DNA of 64,000 bases, from positions 1 through 64,000 of the forward strand of contig JAPDFW010000055.1 of assembly GCA_028826165.1 (NCBI GenBank). Reading direction: 5' to 3'. Below the pieces are notes generated by a model that saw nothing but the letters and a program-made list of their open reading frames with translations, made no database searches and was not told the origin of the DNA. A program made the translations under genes and the position numbers. Source of the stretch: Anaeramoeba ignava BMAN. Its lineage: Eukaryota > Protista > Anaeramoebae. Positions 14,746-29,751 of this stretch are shown piece after piece; the stretch's first letter is position 1, and every line of letters starts with the position of its first letter.

Positions 14746-14883
14746 TATTTTGGAGATTATTTAAAAAAAAAAAGGGAAATTTTTTGCATTTTTCTCCTTT
14801 CCAAATTTTTTTTCCTGTTTTGTTAAAAAGAAAAAAATTTTTTTTCTTTTTCATTTTTTTTTAAACTTTTGAAATCAAAAACA

Positions 14884-17800
14884 ATGAATAAAAACCAAAA
14901 AACACAAACACAACCACAAACACAAACACAAACACAAACACAAACGCAAAATCAAACACAACCACAACCACAAACACAACCACAAACACAAACACAAACA
15001 CAAACGCAAAATCAAACACAACCACAACCACAAAATCAAACACAACCACAAACACAAACACAAACACAAACACAACCACAACCACAAACACAACTACAAC
15101 CACAAACACAACCACAACCACAAACACAAAATGAAAATGAAAATGAAAATGAAAATGAAAATGAAATCCAAAATGAAAATGAAAATCAAAATGAAAATGA
15201 AATTGAAAATGAAAATGAAAATGAAAATCAAAATCAAAATGAAAATCAAAATGAAAATCAAAATCAAAATGAAAATCAAAATCAAAATCAAAATCAAAAT
15301 CAAAATGAAAATCAAAATGAAAATCAAAATCAAAATGAAAATCAAAATGAAAATCAAAATCAAAATGAAAATGAAAATGAAAATGAAAATGAAAATGAAA
15401 ATGAAAATGAAAATGAAAATGAAAATGAAAATCAAAATCAAAATCAAAATGAAAATGAAAATCAAAATCAAAATGAAAATCAAAATCAAAATGAAAATCA
15501 AAATCAAAATCAAAATCAAAATCAAAATGAAAATCAAAATGAAAATCAAAATCAAAATGAAAATCAAAATGAAAATCAAAATCAAAATGAAAATGAAAAT
15601 GAAAATGAAAATGAAAATGAAAATGAAAATGAAAATGAAAATCAAAATCAAAATCAAAATGAAAATGAAAATCAAAATCAAAATGAAAATCAAAATCAAA
15701 ATGAAAATCAAAATCAAAATCAAAATCAAAATCAAAATGAAAATCAAAATGAAAATCAAAATCAAAATGAAAATCAAAATGAAAATCAAAATCAAAATGA
15801 AAATGAAAATGAAAATGAAAATGAAAATGAAAATGAAAATCAAAATCAAAATGAAAATCAAAATCAAAATCAAAATCAAAATCAAAATGAAAATCAAAAT
15901 GAAAATCAAAATCAAAATCAAAATGAAAATGAAAATCAAAATCAAAATCAAAATGAAAATGAAAATCAAAATCAAAATCAAAATCAAAATCAAAATCAAA
16001 ATCAAAATCAAAATCAAAATCAAAATGAAAATCAAAATCAAAATGAAAATGAAAATGAAAAAGAAAAAGATAAAGAAAAAGAAAAAGAAAATTCGAATTT
16101 AAAAAAAGAAAAAGAAATTTTGTTCATTTTATTTGCTCAAAAAGAAAAAAAACCAAAACTTTATATTTTAGAACCTGAAAAAAAAGAAGCTGAAAATGTT
16201 TTTACTTATAAAAATGTTTATTTTTTCAAGTTTATTTCTTCTTCAATAAATATTTCTTATTCAATCAATAATCAAGAATCCAAACAAATTCAAATTCAAA
16301 TTCAAAATCAAATTCAAAATCAAAAACAATTATTTATGATTTAAGTGAAAAAGAGAAAAAAAAAGGAACAAGAATAATTGATGCTATTATTAATTATACA
16401 ATTCAAAAAGAACATATTTCAGATTTTGAATACTTTCTGCATTTTCTTGATCAATTCCAAAAACAAAAACTTGAAAATAAAGAGAAAACTCAACTTATTT
16501 TCAAATCAAATCCTGAAATTCTTGCAAGAATGTTATTTGTTATTGGATTAAGATATAGTGAATCTTCTATTTCTAAAATTTTTAATGAATGCACACAACA
16601 AGATTTTCAAAAAGCAAATGAAATTATTATTTCTTCTCATCAAAATACTCAAAACCAAAATCTTTTTTCATTCTTAAATCAATTCCTTTATAATTATAAT
16701 ACAAAATGTATTGATAATTCAAATCTTGAATTCCTTCCTCTTTACATCCATTTTAATCAACAATTTACACCATCAAAAGAAAATATCCAAAATTCTCATA
16801 TTAAAAATATCATTTCATTTTATCTTCAATCAAAAACAAAAATCAAATTAACAAATCAAGTTTTAGAATTAATTTTCTCAAACAAATCCAGTTATAAAAA
16901 CAAAATTTGGTTTGATTTTATTTATTCAAAGTTCTTTCAAAAATCAAAGGTTTCTCTTATTTTAAATCCAGATTTCCAAAATAAGTTAAAAATTACAAAA
17001 TTTCCAAATTTATTAAAATGTTTTCAATTTTGGATGGAATGTTTCCTTAGTTTTAAAAAAAATGAATATAAATGGGATAGACATGAATTAATTCAAGTTG
17101 GAAATATTATTCAAAATGTGATCAATGATTCAATTTCAGATCAACCTTCCTTTAAAAAAAGCAATTATTCTTATCTCCAAAAGATTTTAAATTCAATTTC
17201 AATTTTCAAATCTGAAGAATTCCAATATTATAATAATAATGCAATTCAAAACAATCAAAAAAGAGCAGAATTTATTGAAAAGTTTGAAAATCAAATCCAA
17301 GAATTATGTGAAAATGATTCAATAAATGATTTCCAAAATTTAATGAGAATTGATTTTATAAAATATATTCCTTTATCAATTCAATTAGAAATTTGGAGAA
17401 AAAAATTGAATTACCAAGATCAAAATCAAAATCAAAATCAAAGAAAAAAGAAAAAGAAAGATCAAAATCAAAATCAAAAAATTACTTGGATTGATATTTT
17501 TAAAGAAAATGGAAAACTTCAAGAATTATGGAGAAAATCAATAATTTGGTTTTTAAACTTTCAAAAAAGTAAACCTATAAACAAATATTTACCAATTAAT
17601 ATTTCAAAAGATACTAAAAAATTTCATGAAGAACTGAAAAATTATCAAAAAGAATTAAATCAATATTTCCAAAAATTAAAATCACCTGAAAAAGCAACAA
17701 TATCTGATTTTAATTTTTATCTTATTAATGAAAATAAATTTAATGAAATATTCAATTTATTTAATGAAATTGAAGAAACAAAAGAACAAAAACAAAATGA

Positions 17801-20800
17801 AATTGAAAAAAACAAAAAGAAGTTCAATCATTTAAATCATAAACTTTCTAAAATGAAGGAATTTTTTGATAATTTTGAAGATGAAGAAATAAATGAAGAA
17901 TTTAAAGATTGGGAAAAAATCAAATTAGGAGAAATAACCTTAAATGAATTTTCAAATTTTTTCAAAAATATCAAAAACATAAAAATCAATTCAATTGATT
18001 TATTTCATCAAAATTTATTTTTTAGAGAGCAATTTCAAGAATTTCTTCAAAATCAAAATCAAAATCAAAATCAAAATCAAGAAATCAAAAAATTATCAAT
18101 TCTAGAAATTTGTAAAAAAGTAGAATCAAATTGGCAAAAATGGAAAAATAGTATTAATATAGAAACAAAATTGGAAGAATTAAATGAAAAATTCCCATTA
18201 AACAAAGAACAATTCGTTTCTGAATTATTAACAAAAAATAATTTCCCAAAAATTGAAAAAATTCGAGAAATCAAAAAAAAAATCTTGAAATTTTTCCAAA
18301 TTAGAAAAATAATTAATAATATAAATTCAATTACTAATTTCCTTAATACATTTTTGGAAAGAAATGGAAATAATTCAAATCAAACCAAAGAAATTGAACA
18401 ATTACAAAATATTTGGAAAGAAAAGAAAATTAAACAAATAAATGATTTTGAAAAAGAAATGAATCAAAAAATTAATATTGATTATAAAATTCTTGAATTT
18501 ATCATTGAATTATTTCCATCAAATAATAATTCTCAACAAATATCAAGTAGTGAAAAAATCTTAATTTGGTTAAAATTAAAAAATGAAAAAGAGTTTCAAA
18601 ATGAAATGAAAAAATTAAAATCGAATGATTTTATTCCATACAAAGAATTTAAAAAATCTTTAATTAGTCTCAAAAATATTTTTAAACCAATACTTTTATC
18701 AAACAAATTTAATGATCTTCCTTCTTTACAAAATGAAATCAAGAAAATAAAATTTCAAGAAAAAACAAAAGAAGAAATTGATATAAAATTATTGATTAAA
18801 TATTTCCCATTACTCGATATTAAATATAAACAATTTACATATTCACCTACAAATTTACTTCAAGATATTTTCAATATTTTTGAAAAAGGATGTAAATTGA
18901 TTTTTGATTTGAAAGAACCATTATTTAAATGTATTATTCAAACAAAAAAATCAAATGAAAAAAATATTGAAGATTTTATCAATATGTTAAGTGTTGCATT
19001 AGATAAAAAACCAAAAATTGCATTAGGAAATAATGAAAATGAATCAAAACATCAATCAAAACACCAATCAAAACACCAATCAAAACACCAATCAAAATAT
19101 CAATCAAAATATCAATCAAAATATCAATCAAAACATCAATCAAAAAATCAACAAAAGTTCGCTTTCGTTCCACAATATGAGCAATTATTTAAAATTATTG
19201 ATAAAATTTATCAAAATTTGAAAAGATTTATTCCAATTCAATATTATCAAAAAATTCAAGAAATTGATGAACCTATTAAAATCAAAAAAAATCCAAAAAA
19301 CTCAAAAAAACTTGATAATTTCAAAGAATTAAATCAATTTAATAACAAAATTGAAGAAAATCTTAAAAAATGGAAAGAAGATGAAGAAAAATTAAAAGAA
19401 ATACCTTTAAAAGGAATTTTAACCAATCAACAACTTCTTTTAATTTATCAAAACCAAAACAAAAATCAAAATCAAAATCAAAATCAAAATCAAAATCAAA
19501 ATCAAAATCAAATTCAAAATCAAAATCAAAATCAAAATCAAAATGAATTTTTTAAATCAATTATCAGATTAATTAATGGAGAAAAAAGAACTAACGAAAT
19601 AAATTTTATGGAATATATAAATCCAGAAGTTGAAAAAATTGATTTAATTGATTTTTCAAAATCTTTTTTTCAAAAAATTGAAAAAGGTTTCTCCTTAAAA
19701 TTTATTCAAGATTCCATTTTCAAAATAAATTTATCAATTATAGAAAAAAACAGAAATCTTCAAAAAATCCAATTTAAATTGAAAAAACAAATCGATGAAA
19801 AAAGAGATGGATCAATTCGAAATCCAAAAATATTTATTATAAAAATTACAGAAAAATCAAAAATATTGAATTATGTTACAATGATTTATTATTTATATTC
19901 AAAATCTTTTCCATTAAGAGAACAAATTTTGATTTGTAATTCAAATACAAAACCTGAAGATATAATTAATTTTTTCTCAATTTATAAATATTATAATGAA
20001 ATACAAGAAAATAATGGTTCTTTTTCATTATTATTTTCAATAATTCATGCTGATAGATTATCTCAAAAATGTCAAAATATTATAATTTCTGAAACAAATT
20101 CAATTGATTTCTTTACAAAAATACCAATGATAATATTTGAATTTTATCAAAAACAAGAAAAAACATTTTTATCTTCTTTACTTCAAGAAGGAAAACTAAA
20201 TATTGATTTTGAAGATGAAATTAACAAAAATCTGAAACAAATTATCAAATGTTCACCAATTTATAACAATATTCATGTTTTTTATTCAAATTTTACAGGT
20301 GAAGGAAAAAGTTTTCAAATTAGAAAATTTTGTTTTGATTTTAAAAGAAAAACAAATAATTATAAATATCAAATTATTCAACTTAATAAAGGAACAATTT
20401 CTGAAATGATTTCTAAATTAAATAAAATTACAAATCAATTAAAAGAAAAAGAAAAAGAAAAAGAAACAATATTCATTCATATTGAATTTCCAAATAAATG
20501 TTCTATTGAAATTTCAGATGCAATTTGGCAACTTACAATGTGGGAATCTATTGAAAATTCAAATCCAAAATCATCAAAATCTCTTTGTTGGAATATTCAA
20601 TCAAACATAATTCTTTTATTTGAAATTCCTAATAAACAAGAAAAGTATCAAAATCAAAATCAAAATCAAAATCAAAATCAAAATCAAAATCAAAATCAAA
20701 ATCAAAATCAAAATCAAAATCAAAATCAAAATGAAAAAATGTGGAAATCTTTTTATCCACTTTATCAATTTAAATTACATTATTTAAATTATAACAAAGA

Positions 20801-23800
20801 TTCTTTTGTTTTCCAAAATTATAAAATTGATTCAAATCAAAAAATAATTAAAAAAGAGGATAAAAAATTAAAAAAAGTTGCAAATTTAATGATAAAATTA
20901 GAAGATAAACTATTTAACAACCAATTAGATGCAAATCAATCCGAAACTATTAAAGAAATATTAGAAAAAGATGATAAACCAAATCCAAAAAGATTTATTG
21001 AATTAATTGAAGAAAATATTTCTATTGTTTTAAATCAATTTAATAGAAGAAATATGAAAAATATTTACACATTTAGATTATTATCACAATTTTGGAATTC
21101 ATTAAAAGTATTTATTAAACCAATATTAGGGTGGAAGATTAGCAATTACAAAACAAATAAGAAAAAATTAACAAAATCAATCCTTAAAAGTTGGTTTCTT
21201 TCAATTTCAAGATTTATTTTATTTCCTTTATTATCAGAAAACAAAAATATTTTTGATAATTTTTATACTTTTCTTCCAAAATTACAATTTAAAAATGAAA
21301 ATGAAAATATTATTCCAATTTCAATTCAATCAAGAAGACAAATGGATAATTTTTTCTCAGGATTTGGATTATTTATAAAAAAATATTCAAAAGATTCTCC
21401 TTTATTTGACAAACATGAAAAAAAAGCAGAAACAAATTTAAGTTCAATAAAATCAATATTTTCTGATACTTTCAATTCTGAAGAAGAAATTGAAAAAATT
21501 TTCCTATTTTTATCTGCTCTTAATCCAAAAGAAATTGATAAAGAATTAATTGAAGAACATAAAAAAGGAAAATCAAAATATGTTCTTACTTTTGATAATG
21601 TTTCTAAAATGCTATTTCTTCAATTCAGAAATTTTGTTAATCTTCCAACAATTATAAGTGGAGAAACTGGGTGTGGAAAAACTTCATTAATTGAATATTT
21701 ATTTGAAACTATTTTGGAACAAAAAATCAAAACATTAAATGTTAATAATTCTATAAAGAAAAAAGATATTCAAAATTTAATTGAAGAAGGAGAAAAATAT
21801 TTTCCAAAACCATTTATAATACTTTTTGATGAATTAAATACAGCTCCAAAATCTTTTATTCCAATTTTCAAATATTTATTTATTGATAAAATGTTTAATG
21901 AGAAAAAGATATCAACAAATATAAGATTAATAGCAGCAATTAATCCATATAGAAAAAGAAGTGGAACGGATAAAAAAGAATATGAAAGATTTGGGTTATT
22001 TTATCAAAAAGATGATGAAAATGAAGAAAGTAAAAAAATTCAAAAATCAGTTTATAGAGTTCAAAAACTTCCAGATTCTTTACAAAAAGAAATATTAAAT
22101 TTTAATTCACTTCAAAAAGAACAAGAATTACCTTATATTCAAAAAATGGTTAAAAATACATTTGATTCTATTTTTAAAAAAGAAGAAGATATTAAAAGAA
22201 TCAGAGAATTTATGGGAAATTTTATTGAATATATTCAAAAATCTCATCAATATATTAGAGAAGAAGAAGAAAATCAAAATCAAAACCAAAATCAAAATCA
22301 AAATCAAAATCAAAATGAAAAAAAGAATTTAGCTTCAAAAGTTTCACTTAGAGATATTTCAAGAACTCTTAGAATATTTAGATGGATTTATGAATCAAGA
22401 TCAAGAGCTGGTATAATTTTATTAAAAGATAACATTGATTTGAAACAGATTAAAGAACAAATTAAAGAAAAAAAAGAAGAAATTGGAATAATAATTCAAA
22501 AAGCAATTTATTTATCTCTTTTTGTTTGTTATGAAGTTAGAGAAAAAAATCAAAAAAAAAGAAAAAAATATTCAATTAAAATTTTTGGAAATGAAAAATC
22601 AAAAGATTATAAAGAAATGATTGAAAATGCTAAAACAAATTTAATTGAAAATTTAGATTATAATTTTAAAGAAAAAATGATTGCAAAAAATACAGCATTA
22701 AAAGAAAATTGTTTATTGCTTTATATTTCAATTTATGCTCAAATACCTTTATTTATTATTGGGAAACCAGGTAAAAATTATAATTTAAAATTATAATTTA
22801 AATTTAAAATTATAATTTATAATTTAAAATTAAAAATTTAAATTAAATAAATAATAAATAGGAACTTCAAAATCAATTTCTCTTGAAGTCATTTTAAAAT
22901 CTTTTAAACCACCATTTGAAATTAATGAATTATTAAGAAAACTTAAACTTAGATCTCTTTATCAATCTTTTATTCAATGTTCACAAATAAGAACAAATAA
23001 AGAAATTGAAGAAGTTTTCAAATTGGCTAAACAAAATACAAAAAATGGAAATAATTTAGGAGTTGTTGTTCTTGATGAAATTGCACTTGCAGAATGGAGT
23101 TCTGAATTTCCACTTAAAACACTTCATTCAAAACTTGAAGAATCAGAAAAAGAATTATCAAGAAGACTTCAAAAAAGATTTAAACAAAATAAAAATGAAA
23201 ATGAAAATGAAAAATTAGAAGATATTTTAAAAGAAATGGAAGCAGTTTCGGTTGTTTCAATATCAAATTGGATTTTAGATCCAAGTGAAATGAATAGAGG
23301 AATCCTTATTTATAGAGATTCAATAACAGAAATTGAAAAAACAGCTCAACAAATATTATGTTCAGAAAATACAGGAATGAATTCTAAAATCCCAGAACTA
23401 TTTGCAGATAGTCTTTCAAGAATTTACAAAAAGATTATTGAAAATCAAAAAGAAAAAGAAAAAGATTCAGAATGGAAACCTTATTTTGGACTTAGAGATT
23501 TTTATTTTTTTGTTAAAATGATTGGATATTCTTATATAACTCATAACATTTCTTATAATAATGAAAGCTTAATTTCAAATGCTTTATTAAGAAATTTTAA
23601 TTCCAAACCAGAAATTATTCAAAATATTTCCCAATTTCAAAATGAATCCAAATCATTAAATTTAATATCATTAACAAAAATAACAACAAAAGAACTCATT
23701 TATCAAAATATTCAAAAAGAATATTTGAAAATTATGGATTTAATAATCCGAAATGAAATTTCAGATTTTTCAAGAAATATGATGATTTTAATTGATGAAA

Positions 23801-26800
23801 CTTTAAATTTACCAATTATTTTACAAATTATTGAAAGTTTAATTGAAGAAGAAGGAAGAAAAATTAGTGTTGTTTTTGGAAATTCTTTCCCAAAAGATCA
23901 AACAAAAGTTAAAATTATTAAAGATTTACATAAAGTTGAAAATTCAATAAGAAAAGGAGAAATAATTATTTTATATAATAATAACGATTTATTTCTACCT
24001 TTATATGATTTATTAAATCAAAATTATATCAAAGAAGGAAACAATCTTTATGCACAAATTTCAATGGGACATATTGAAAATTTAATTAAAATTGATCCTA
24101 ATTTCAGATTAATTTCAATTTGTGATAAAAGTCATGCTTATCATAATGAAACACCAGCTATTTTAAATAGATTTGAAAAATATTTATTGAAATTAGATGA
24201 ATTTATTGAATTTGGAATTATTCGAAGATTTTATGAACAACAAAAAGAAATGATCAAAAAAATTTGTGAATATTCAAAAATTAAAGAAGAAGATTTATTT
24301 GTTTCTTATCATTCTGGATTATTTCCATCACTTGCAATAAAACTTCAAGAAATAATTTCAAAAATAAAAGAAATTGATAATGAAGAGAAAATAAAACAAT
24401 TTTTGATTTTTGAAGGAGTTAATATGTGGATGAAAGTTTGTAATTTTGAAAATATTTTTTTAATTCAACAAAAAATTCAACAATTTAAATCCAAAATTCG
24501 AAAAAATCAAAACGAAAATGAAAAAGAAAAAGAAAATCAAAATCAAAATCAAAATCAAAATCAAAATCAAAATCAAAATGAAAATCAAAATCAAAACCAA
24601 AATCAAAAAGAAAATGAAAAAGAAAATGAAAATGAAAATGAATTAGAAATGGGGATAAATGAATATTTATATTTAAAATATTTTTGTGAAAGATATAATA
24701 GTTTATATCATAATAATTTAAATGAATTAATTCAAAATGAATTAAAACCAAAGAAAATTCAAAAATCAATCATTTTAACATCATCACCAAAATCAAAAAA
24801 TATTGAAATTCAAGGATTTAATATTGAAGAATTAAATATTTCTGAATTTGATAATGAAAAAGATTTCAAAAAGAAAATTAAAGATATTCTTGGAATATTT
24901 CCTCAAAAATCAAATCAAAATAATCAAATGAATAAGAAGAATCAAAGAAAAAAAGATCCAAATTTCATTTTAATTATTCATTTTACACCAACAAGAAATT
25001 TATCAGAAAAAATATTTTATCAATTCAAATATTTAATTGAAAATATAATTGAAAAAGAAAAAGAAGAAATTAAATGCTTTCTTATGTTTATTGTTCATAT
25101 TTCATCAAATCAAGAAGAAACAAATACATTCCATTTTTCATTTGAAAAAAATTTTGAATATTATTATATTGATGATATTTTCCAATATGATTTTGAAATG
25201 AATATTGATTTGAAAACAACATTCCCTGGAAATTATTTAGAAAAAGTTATTGAAGAAAATTGGGAAAAAATATTTGAATTAATTATTCCAATTTCTATTC
25301 TTAAATTTTTAAATTCAAAGAAAAAAATTGAAAAAACCAAAAAATTTTTTGAAGAAATGAAATTATCAAAAAACAAAGAAATTTTAATGAAAAAAATAAG
25401 AGAAATGATCCAAAAAGGAAAAATGAAAATATCAAATTATATGAATGGAATATTAATGAATTAATTAATGAAAAATTTGAAAAGAAAAGAAGAAATGAAT
25501 CATTAACTTCATTTATTCAATTTAAATTTAAAGAAAAATTAGAAACTATATTTGCTATTTTATTCAGTAATATTATGATTAATGATAATTTCAAACTTTT
25601 TCCTATTAATCAAAAAGACACCAATGAAATTCAAAAATTATGGGAAAAGATATTCAAAAATTTAAAAATTCCACATTTCCAAAATATTCTCACTTATCAA
25701 TTTAATAATTCAAATTTCCCATTTTTCCAATATTTTTATTCCAAATTATTTGAAGAAACAAAACAACAAGAAGAAGAAAACAAAATAATTCAAGAAATTA
25801 TAGAAAAACCTATTATTAAATGGTCCAACCAATATTCCAAGAATCCAAAAACAACTGCACAAATATTTCTAAAAGCATTTATAAGTGATTTTACAAAAAT
25901 ATCTTTTACAAAAGAAGAACAAAAGTTTTTAGAAGAATATATTGGAAATATTTCTGATTTCATTTATCAATTTGAAAAAAATGAAGATTTAACAAATTTA
26001 TCATTAAAAGAAATTTCACAAAAAATTAATTGGAATATATTTCAAAAAATTTATGAAATTTATAAATATTGTTTGAATATTGATAAAAGAGATTTAAAAA
26101 AGAAAGAAATTCAAAATCAAATTCAAAATCAAAATCAAAATCAAAATCAAATTCAAAAAGAAAATCTAATTTCAAAATTTATTAAAAAACAAATTGAAAT
26201 TATTGAAAATTATTTAAATAATCATAATTTATCAAATGATTTAACAATTATTTCAACTCCACTTTATAAAATTTATGAATTTATAATTGAAATGAAAAAA
26301 ATGAAAGAATTTGAAAAAGATTTTGAAAAAGATTTTGAAAAATTGTTTGATAAATGGATGGAAATTTACATATTATTTCTCAACAAATATAATTTACAAG
26401 AAATTAATCAAACTCAAGAATTTCAAAATTCATTTCAAAATTTTAAACTTTCCAAAAATGATAAACATTCGGAATCTATTATTGATATTTCTCAATTATG
26501 CAAAAATCAAAATGAAAAAATTAATTTATTTGAAAATTATTTCCAAATTATTATAAAACAAATTCAAAAAAAAGAAAAAATAAATTCATTGTTGAACAAT
26601 TTCAAAGTTATTACAAAAAAATTCTTTTATCAAAATGAAAATCAAAATCAAAATCAAAATCAAAATCAAAATCAAAATCAAAATCAAAATCAAAATCAAA
26701 ATCAAATTCAAACAAATCAAAAAGAAAAATAAATTCAAAATCAAAATCAAAATCAAAACAATTTCAAAATCAAAATCAAAATCAAAATCAAAATCAAAAT

Positions 26801-29680
26801 CAAAATCAAAAAAATCAAAATCAAAATCAAAATCAAAATCAAAATCAAAATCAAAATCAAAATCAAAATCAAAATCAAAATCAAAATCAAAATGAAATTT
26901 TTGGAATAGATCAAAATGAATTTCAATTTCCAAATTTATTTTCAATATTATTTAGTCATATTTTCAAATTATTAGAAAAAGATGAAAATTTAAGAAGAAA
27001 TATTTTCAATTATTTAAAAGATTATTTTACATTTAAAGAAAATGATTTAAAATGGATGAGTTTCACATTTTTATTAACTCTTTTCCAATACACAAATGAT
27101 TTCGATTTAACAAAAAAACAAAACAAATTTATTATCAATGAAAAAAGATTCTTTCCAGAAATTGAACATATAAATGATTTATTTGAAGAATATCAAAATT
27201 TTATTTTAAATATCCATTATATTATTCAAGATTCAAACAAATATTCAAAAATTAAAAATGAAGAAATTCAAAAATATATTTCAGAACAAATATTTCAAGA
27301 ATATGATTTTTTTATAATAAAACATTTGGAAAATATTCAAGAAAAAGAACAAATTAAAAAGAAATTTGATAAAATTTTCAAAATGGATATTCAAGAAAAT
27401 GAAGAACAAAATAAGATATTAAATCCAGATGGATATTATTATGGATATTTTGTTTCTTTTTTAAATAATCAAGTAGAAGATTTAACAAGAAGTTTTAATT
27501 GGATTACTGATAAATTAACAAATAATAGACAAATTGTAGATCAACAAGAAAATATAAAGAATTCTGTTTATAAAATTTGCAGAGATATTGAAACAATAAA
27601 TGAAGATTTTGAAAAAGTTCTACTTATTATTATAGAAACAGCAGAAAAATATTTAATGAATAAAAATATTGCATTACCAATATTTAATGATGAAATGAAT
27701 AATTTCCCAAATAACAGAAATATGATTTGCGAAAATATTTTAGGAATTAACAATTATCCAGAACCAAATCCAATTTTTACTTTATCTGATATTGATTTTA
27801 TTATTCCGACAAGAATTGCAAGAATTATTCATTATTCATTATTATTTTTATTATTAAAAAATGAAACAAATGAAACAAATTTAAATGAAAAATTAATTTA
27901 TCATGAAATTAAAAGTTTATCAATTATATTAAATTTATCAATAACAAATACAAAAATTTATTATATTCTTTTCTTAAAAGAAATTATCAAAGTTCAAGAT
28001 AACCAAATTCAATTTGGAAGACTTAGTAAACAAATTGATAATTGGAAAGAAGCTTTATATAAAATTTACAAAGAAAAACATGAAAATATTCTTTCAAAAA
28101 TTGAAATTTCAACATTCAAAAAACCATTTAAAGCAACAAATTTATTATTAACAAATCCAATTTCAATTTCAAATTTAATTTCAAATTTCTTAAAAAAACC
28201 AGAAAATATTGAAAATAACATTAAAAAATATCCATTAATTTCATTTTTTATTCAAAATTATTTGAAATTTAAAATGATTTATTTATTCCCATCATTTATC
28301 AAATTTTCAAGTTTTATCAATATCAAATATAATGGGAAAATTAATTTAAAACAATCACAAAAAATTAATATTGAAGATTTATTTAAAGATTCAAAAGAAA
28401 AAGAAATTGAAAAATTAAATGAAGAAGAAATTAAGATATTAGAAAATTGGGAAGATGATTTTAATGAATGTTGGATAATTTCATTAAGTCAAATCAATAA
28501 TGATAAAGTCAAGAAATTCAATATAAATAATTTAAATGAACTTGATCAAGAAAACAATCAAATTCCACAAATTATTGATAAAATTGAGCCAATAACAAGA
28601 AAATCATTTATTAAAGAAATTCTTTCAAATCAAGAAAAAAAACTAAACATTGCATATTTAATTAAATATATTTCGAAAGAAAAAAGAAGATTAAAGAATG
28701 AAATACAAAAAATCAATAAAATCAAAATCAAAATCAAAATCAAAATCAAAATCAAAATCAAAATCAAAATCAAAATCAAAATCAAAATCAAAATCAAAAT
28801 CAAAATCAAAATCAAAATCAAAATCAAAATCAAAATCAAAATCAAAAAAAATCCCAAAATGAAAGAATATTCATAAGAATATTTGATTCATCTTTTGAAT
28901 TTAATTTGAAAAGAATAGAAGATTATATTAAATTTCATAATATAAAAGATAATTTTGATGAATTAGAAAAAAAGATAAATGAAGTTTTTCAAATATTTAT
29001 TGAAACTGAAAATATTTTAATTATTATCAATAATTTTCAATTTAAAGATAAAATCATTTTAAATACTTCATTCCTTGATGAATCAAAATGGAAACAAATT
29101 AATCTTTCACAAGATACATGGAATGAAATAGTTAAAGAACTTTTAGAAAATTTTGCTATTCCTATTTTCCAAAAATTTTATCAAAATATTATTCAATTTT
29201 GTTCCAATTTAAAAGATGAAAAATTAATTAAAGTTGATCAAACACTTATTGAATTTGCAAAAGAAAACAAGATTCCAGTTTGAATTAGAAAATATTAAAT
29301 CAATTAAAAAACTTAAAATTCAACATTTGAGATTTATTCACAATGATATTTCACAACATTTTGAATCAATTATTGATAAAATAGATAATCAATATAAAAA
29401 TCAAATTCCAACAACTTTCTTAAATCAATTAGATTCCTTTTTTGAAAAAATTTCAATTACAAATTTGATATTAATTTTCCAAAATTTCTTTTCAAAAGAA
29501 TTAATTCAAAAAAATTATTCTCCAGAACAAGAACTTTTAAATAATTTAGTAAATATTGGAGATTTATTGAATCTTAAAACAGAATCAGAAATTATTCGAA
29601 AACATTTTCCAAGGCACTTAACACTTAAATATTCTGTTTCAGTTTATCTTCTTTGTTTAGATAAACTGAAGAAAAATTAA
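14884..29680 (+). CDS. Giant RNF213/mysterin-like multi-AAA+ ATPase (~4,900 aa); intron 22771-22861; frame breaks at ~16333, ~25420, ~26730-26810, ~28715 and ~29280
   Basis: SNFTGEGKS, YVLTFDNVSKM, SGETGCGKT / ILFDELNT, IAAINPYR, VYRV..LP.SL, VSLRDI, spliced IGKPG|TSKS, VVLDEIALAE...PLKTLHSKLE, ISNWILDPSEMNRG, FGLRDFY, GNSFPKDQ, LYDLLNQNY, LNRFEK, in the order characteristic of the RNF213 AAA core. Coding composition continues across the breaks. Confidence 0.88.
14900..16090 (+). repeat. Coding hexamer array (CAAACA/CAACCA, then CAAAAT/GAAAAT) giving ~400 aa of QT/QP/NQ/NE repeats
   Basis: Directly visible in the 491-aa ORF; contains repeated higher-order blocks. Confidence 0.9.
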
Positions 29681-29751
29681 TCAAAAATTTTAAATTCAAA
29701 AAATAAAATTGAATTGAATTAAATTTGAATTTATTTTCTTGTTAATTTTTT

